From contig QPMI01000457.1 in the NCBI GenBank assembly GCA_004431415.1, forward strand, positions 1 to 64,000: DNA of 64,000 bases, written 5' to 3'. Source of the stretch: Cyanophora paradoxa CCMP329. Lineage: Eukaryota > Plantae > Glaucophyta. The notes beneath the pieces were generated by a model. That model did no database searches. It was not told the origin of the DNA and worked only from the letters and a program-made list of their open reading frames with translations. Shown in pieces: positions 62,058 to 64,000 of this stretch (position 1 is the stretch's first letter; each line of letters opens with the position of its first letter). Position numbers and translations under genes: made by a program.

Positions 62058-63192
62058 TCACGCGGCCGCGCCGGCGGGCCGCATCTCGTGCGGGTGCATC
62101 TCGCTGGAGTGCTCCAGGATCTGGGGCAGGCGGCTCGCCACCGCCGGCTTCTCCTCGGCCGCCGCCCGAGGCGGCGACACCCGGCCGAACGACGACGCCG
62201 CGAACTTGCCGACCGGGGTGCTGTGCACGCAGTCGGCGAGCTTGCCGAGCTGGAGCCGCTGCTGCAGCTTCTCCGCCAGCCGGGACGCCGCCGGGGACGA
62301 CTTGTAGAAGTAGAAGATAACGCCGAGAGCGAACGTGCACGAGATAACGGGAAGACCGATGCACAGAGCCGCGCCGATCAAGATAGGGGCCGCGCACGCC
62401 GCTGCGACCGTCACGCAGATGAAGATCAGTAAGTTGAGGCCTGGGGCGGCGTGAGCGCTCAGCGCCGAGAAGCGAGCGGCGGCGTACCGAGCAAGCCGAT
62501 GCCCAGCGCCGAGAAAACAGTTGTCCAGAAAGCGAACAAGACGCTGGCGACAACGATGAGGCAAATCGCAACCAGCACCAGGACCTCGAGAAGGCCTGTT
62601 TCAGCGTTAGCAGCCCGTACGTGTAAATCAAAAAGGAAGGTCTAGAAACACTAGGTGTAGAGAGAGAAGGGGAGCCTCATTCGCCACGAGAGGAGAAGCG
62701 GCAAACGGTGTGGATGTGAACGGAAAAACCCGCCGCTCACGGCCCGAAGCTCGTTGAGCGACGGAAAGCATCTATAGGATGTACATGAACGGAATGCGAA
62801 AGTGCCGCAGACAGTGTACCGGAGGGCTAGAATCGAGAATCTAGGGGAGAAGCCCCGGTCTGCCCGGCCCGGCGTTCAAGAGGCGTCCGGCAGTCGAACC
62901 TGCTGTGAAGAAGGGACCAAGCCGAGTGTAGATGGCCTTGCCGCAGACGCCCGCCTTCTTGGCCGGAGCCGGAATTTCTATGTGGCTGTGCGTGCGTTAG
63001 CATCCGCGAGGGGGCGCATTCTTCCGCGAAAGAAGCAGGTAGAGGGGCGTAGAGGGACGTTAAAGCTACAGGAGAGCCGGCGCGCCGGCCCGTTCCGCTT
63101 GACCGCTAAACGGTGGGAGAGCGGGCCCACCTGAGTCGGGTCTGCACATCACTCATGAGGTCTGTGAGCGGCTTGGCGTTCATCGCCTTCAT
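62058..63192 (-). CDS. Small membrane protein with an about 80-residue hydrophobic stretch (5' exons uncertain)
   Basis: Spliced LLEVLVLVAICLIVVASVLFAFWTTVFSALGIGLLG|LNLLIFICVTVAAACAAPILIGAALCIGLPVISCTFALGVIFYFY followed by a basic tail. Likely upstream exons are MKAMNAKPLTDLMSDVQTRLR and HIEIPAPAKKAGVCGKAIYTRLG. Confidence 0.55.
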
Positions 63193-63307
63193 CTGGGCGG
63201 GCCTCGAAGCGCGGGAGCGATAACTGGGGTACTGCGGCGGGTGAGGGGGGCGAAAAGGGGGGGCCGAGCGGCGAAGGGGTAGTAGTGTGCAGCGCGGGAT
63301 CGCAGAA

Positions 63308-63909
63308 ATGACGCGGTGCGCCCGCCCCCGGCCACGCACCGCGCCGCTGAGCACGCCGGCAGGCTTTACATCAAGGGTGCCATCCTCGGCTACAAGAGGT
63401 GCGCTCCCAATCGCTTGATCGCCAGTGCTGGCCATATGGGTCCAGCCGCTGGCCGTGATGGCGGCCTTACGCCTCTGGATGCAGGAGCATGGCCAACCAG
63501 TACAACCACACCTCGCTCGTGAAGATCGAGGGCGTGCACTCGCGCAACGAGGTCGACTTCTACCTCGGCAAGCGCCTGGCGTACGTTTACAAGGCCAAGA
63601 AGGCCCGCAACGGCTCCCAGTTCCGTGTGATCTACGGCAAGGTCCGCGCGGCAGCCCTGCTAGCTCGGGAGGCGGCTGCAGCTAGCTGCGGATCTGGGGC
63701 TGCGGTCGGGCGGGGGCTGCAGGACGCGAGTGCTTAAAGCGCTTCGTACTTTTCTCCTATGCATCCGATTGCCGACCTCCTTCGCCCGCGTGCAGGTCAC
63801 CCGCCCCCACGGCAACAACGGCATCGTCCGCGCCAAGTTCCGGAAGAACCTGCCGCCCAAGTCGCTCGGCGCGACCCTCCGCGTCATGCTTTTCCCCAGC
63901 CGCGTGTAA
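63308..63909 (+). CDS. RPL35A: 60S ribosomal protein L35a (eL33), 4 exons
   Basis: MTR|[12 protein letters not shown]|[37 protein letters not shown]|[37 protein letters not shown]-stop. Confidence 0.97.
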
Positions 63910-64000
63910 GGTCAAAGCCCGCGCGACCGTACGCTAGCCCGCTAGGGCCCCGGATGTAAGCTGTCCAAACACGCTGCCCTTTTCGACGCCGGCGGCCGCT

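Noticed and set aside
61794-62432. Plus-strand 212-aa ORF
   Set aside because: It is antisense to the spliced membrane-protein gene and its 3' UTR, with no recognisable motifs.
1-64000. Transposase, reverse transcriptase, viral or prokaryotic operon-type systems
   Set aside because: No such motifs were recognised in any frame; all recognisable genes are intron-containing eukaryotic nuclear genes.

Overview
Gene-dense, very GC-rich eukaryotic nuclear DNA with many short (about 45-90 nt) spliceosomal introns. It most likely comes from a phycobilisome-containing alga. A glaucophyte such as Cyanophora is my inference from an NblB/PBS-lyase HEAT gene, Phe-containing plastid transit peptides and cyanobacterial-type enzymes. 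About 24 spliced protein genes were assembled by hand. Recognisable products are eIF1, an ABCC/MRP transporter, sphingolipid delta-4 desaturase, a CRTISO-like oxidoreductase, V-ATPase E, a BRCT protein, TBC1D23, a WD40 protein, a RUN+Rubicon-homology protein, an NblB-like protein, an F-box/LRR protein, a TOPORS-like E3, a Josephin DUB, a plastid-type lysine deacetylase, an EDEM-like GH47 mannosidase, a stand-alone response regulator, RPL35A and a thioredoxin fusion; several coiled-coil or low-complexity orphans fill the rest. The most unusual signals are: (1) many GC-AG introns, often followed by a sense-strand GTACCCC motif; (2) near-perfect head-to-head gene pairing, with start codons as close as 30 bp; (3) a TBC1D23 that retains both catalytic GAP fingers; (4) a response regulator with an EAR-like motif; (5) a thioredoxin fused to a Mug135/DUF1773-like C-terminus. 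No rRNA, tRNA, CRISPR array or transposase was found. Gene coordinates span introns, internal exon boundaries are manual estimates, and family assignments come from motif recognition without database searches.
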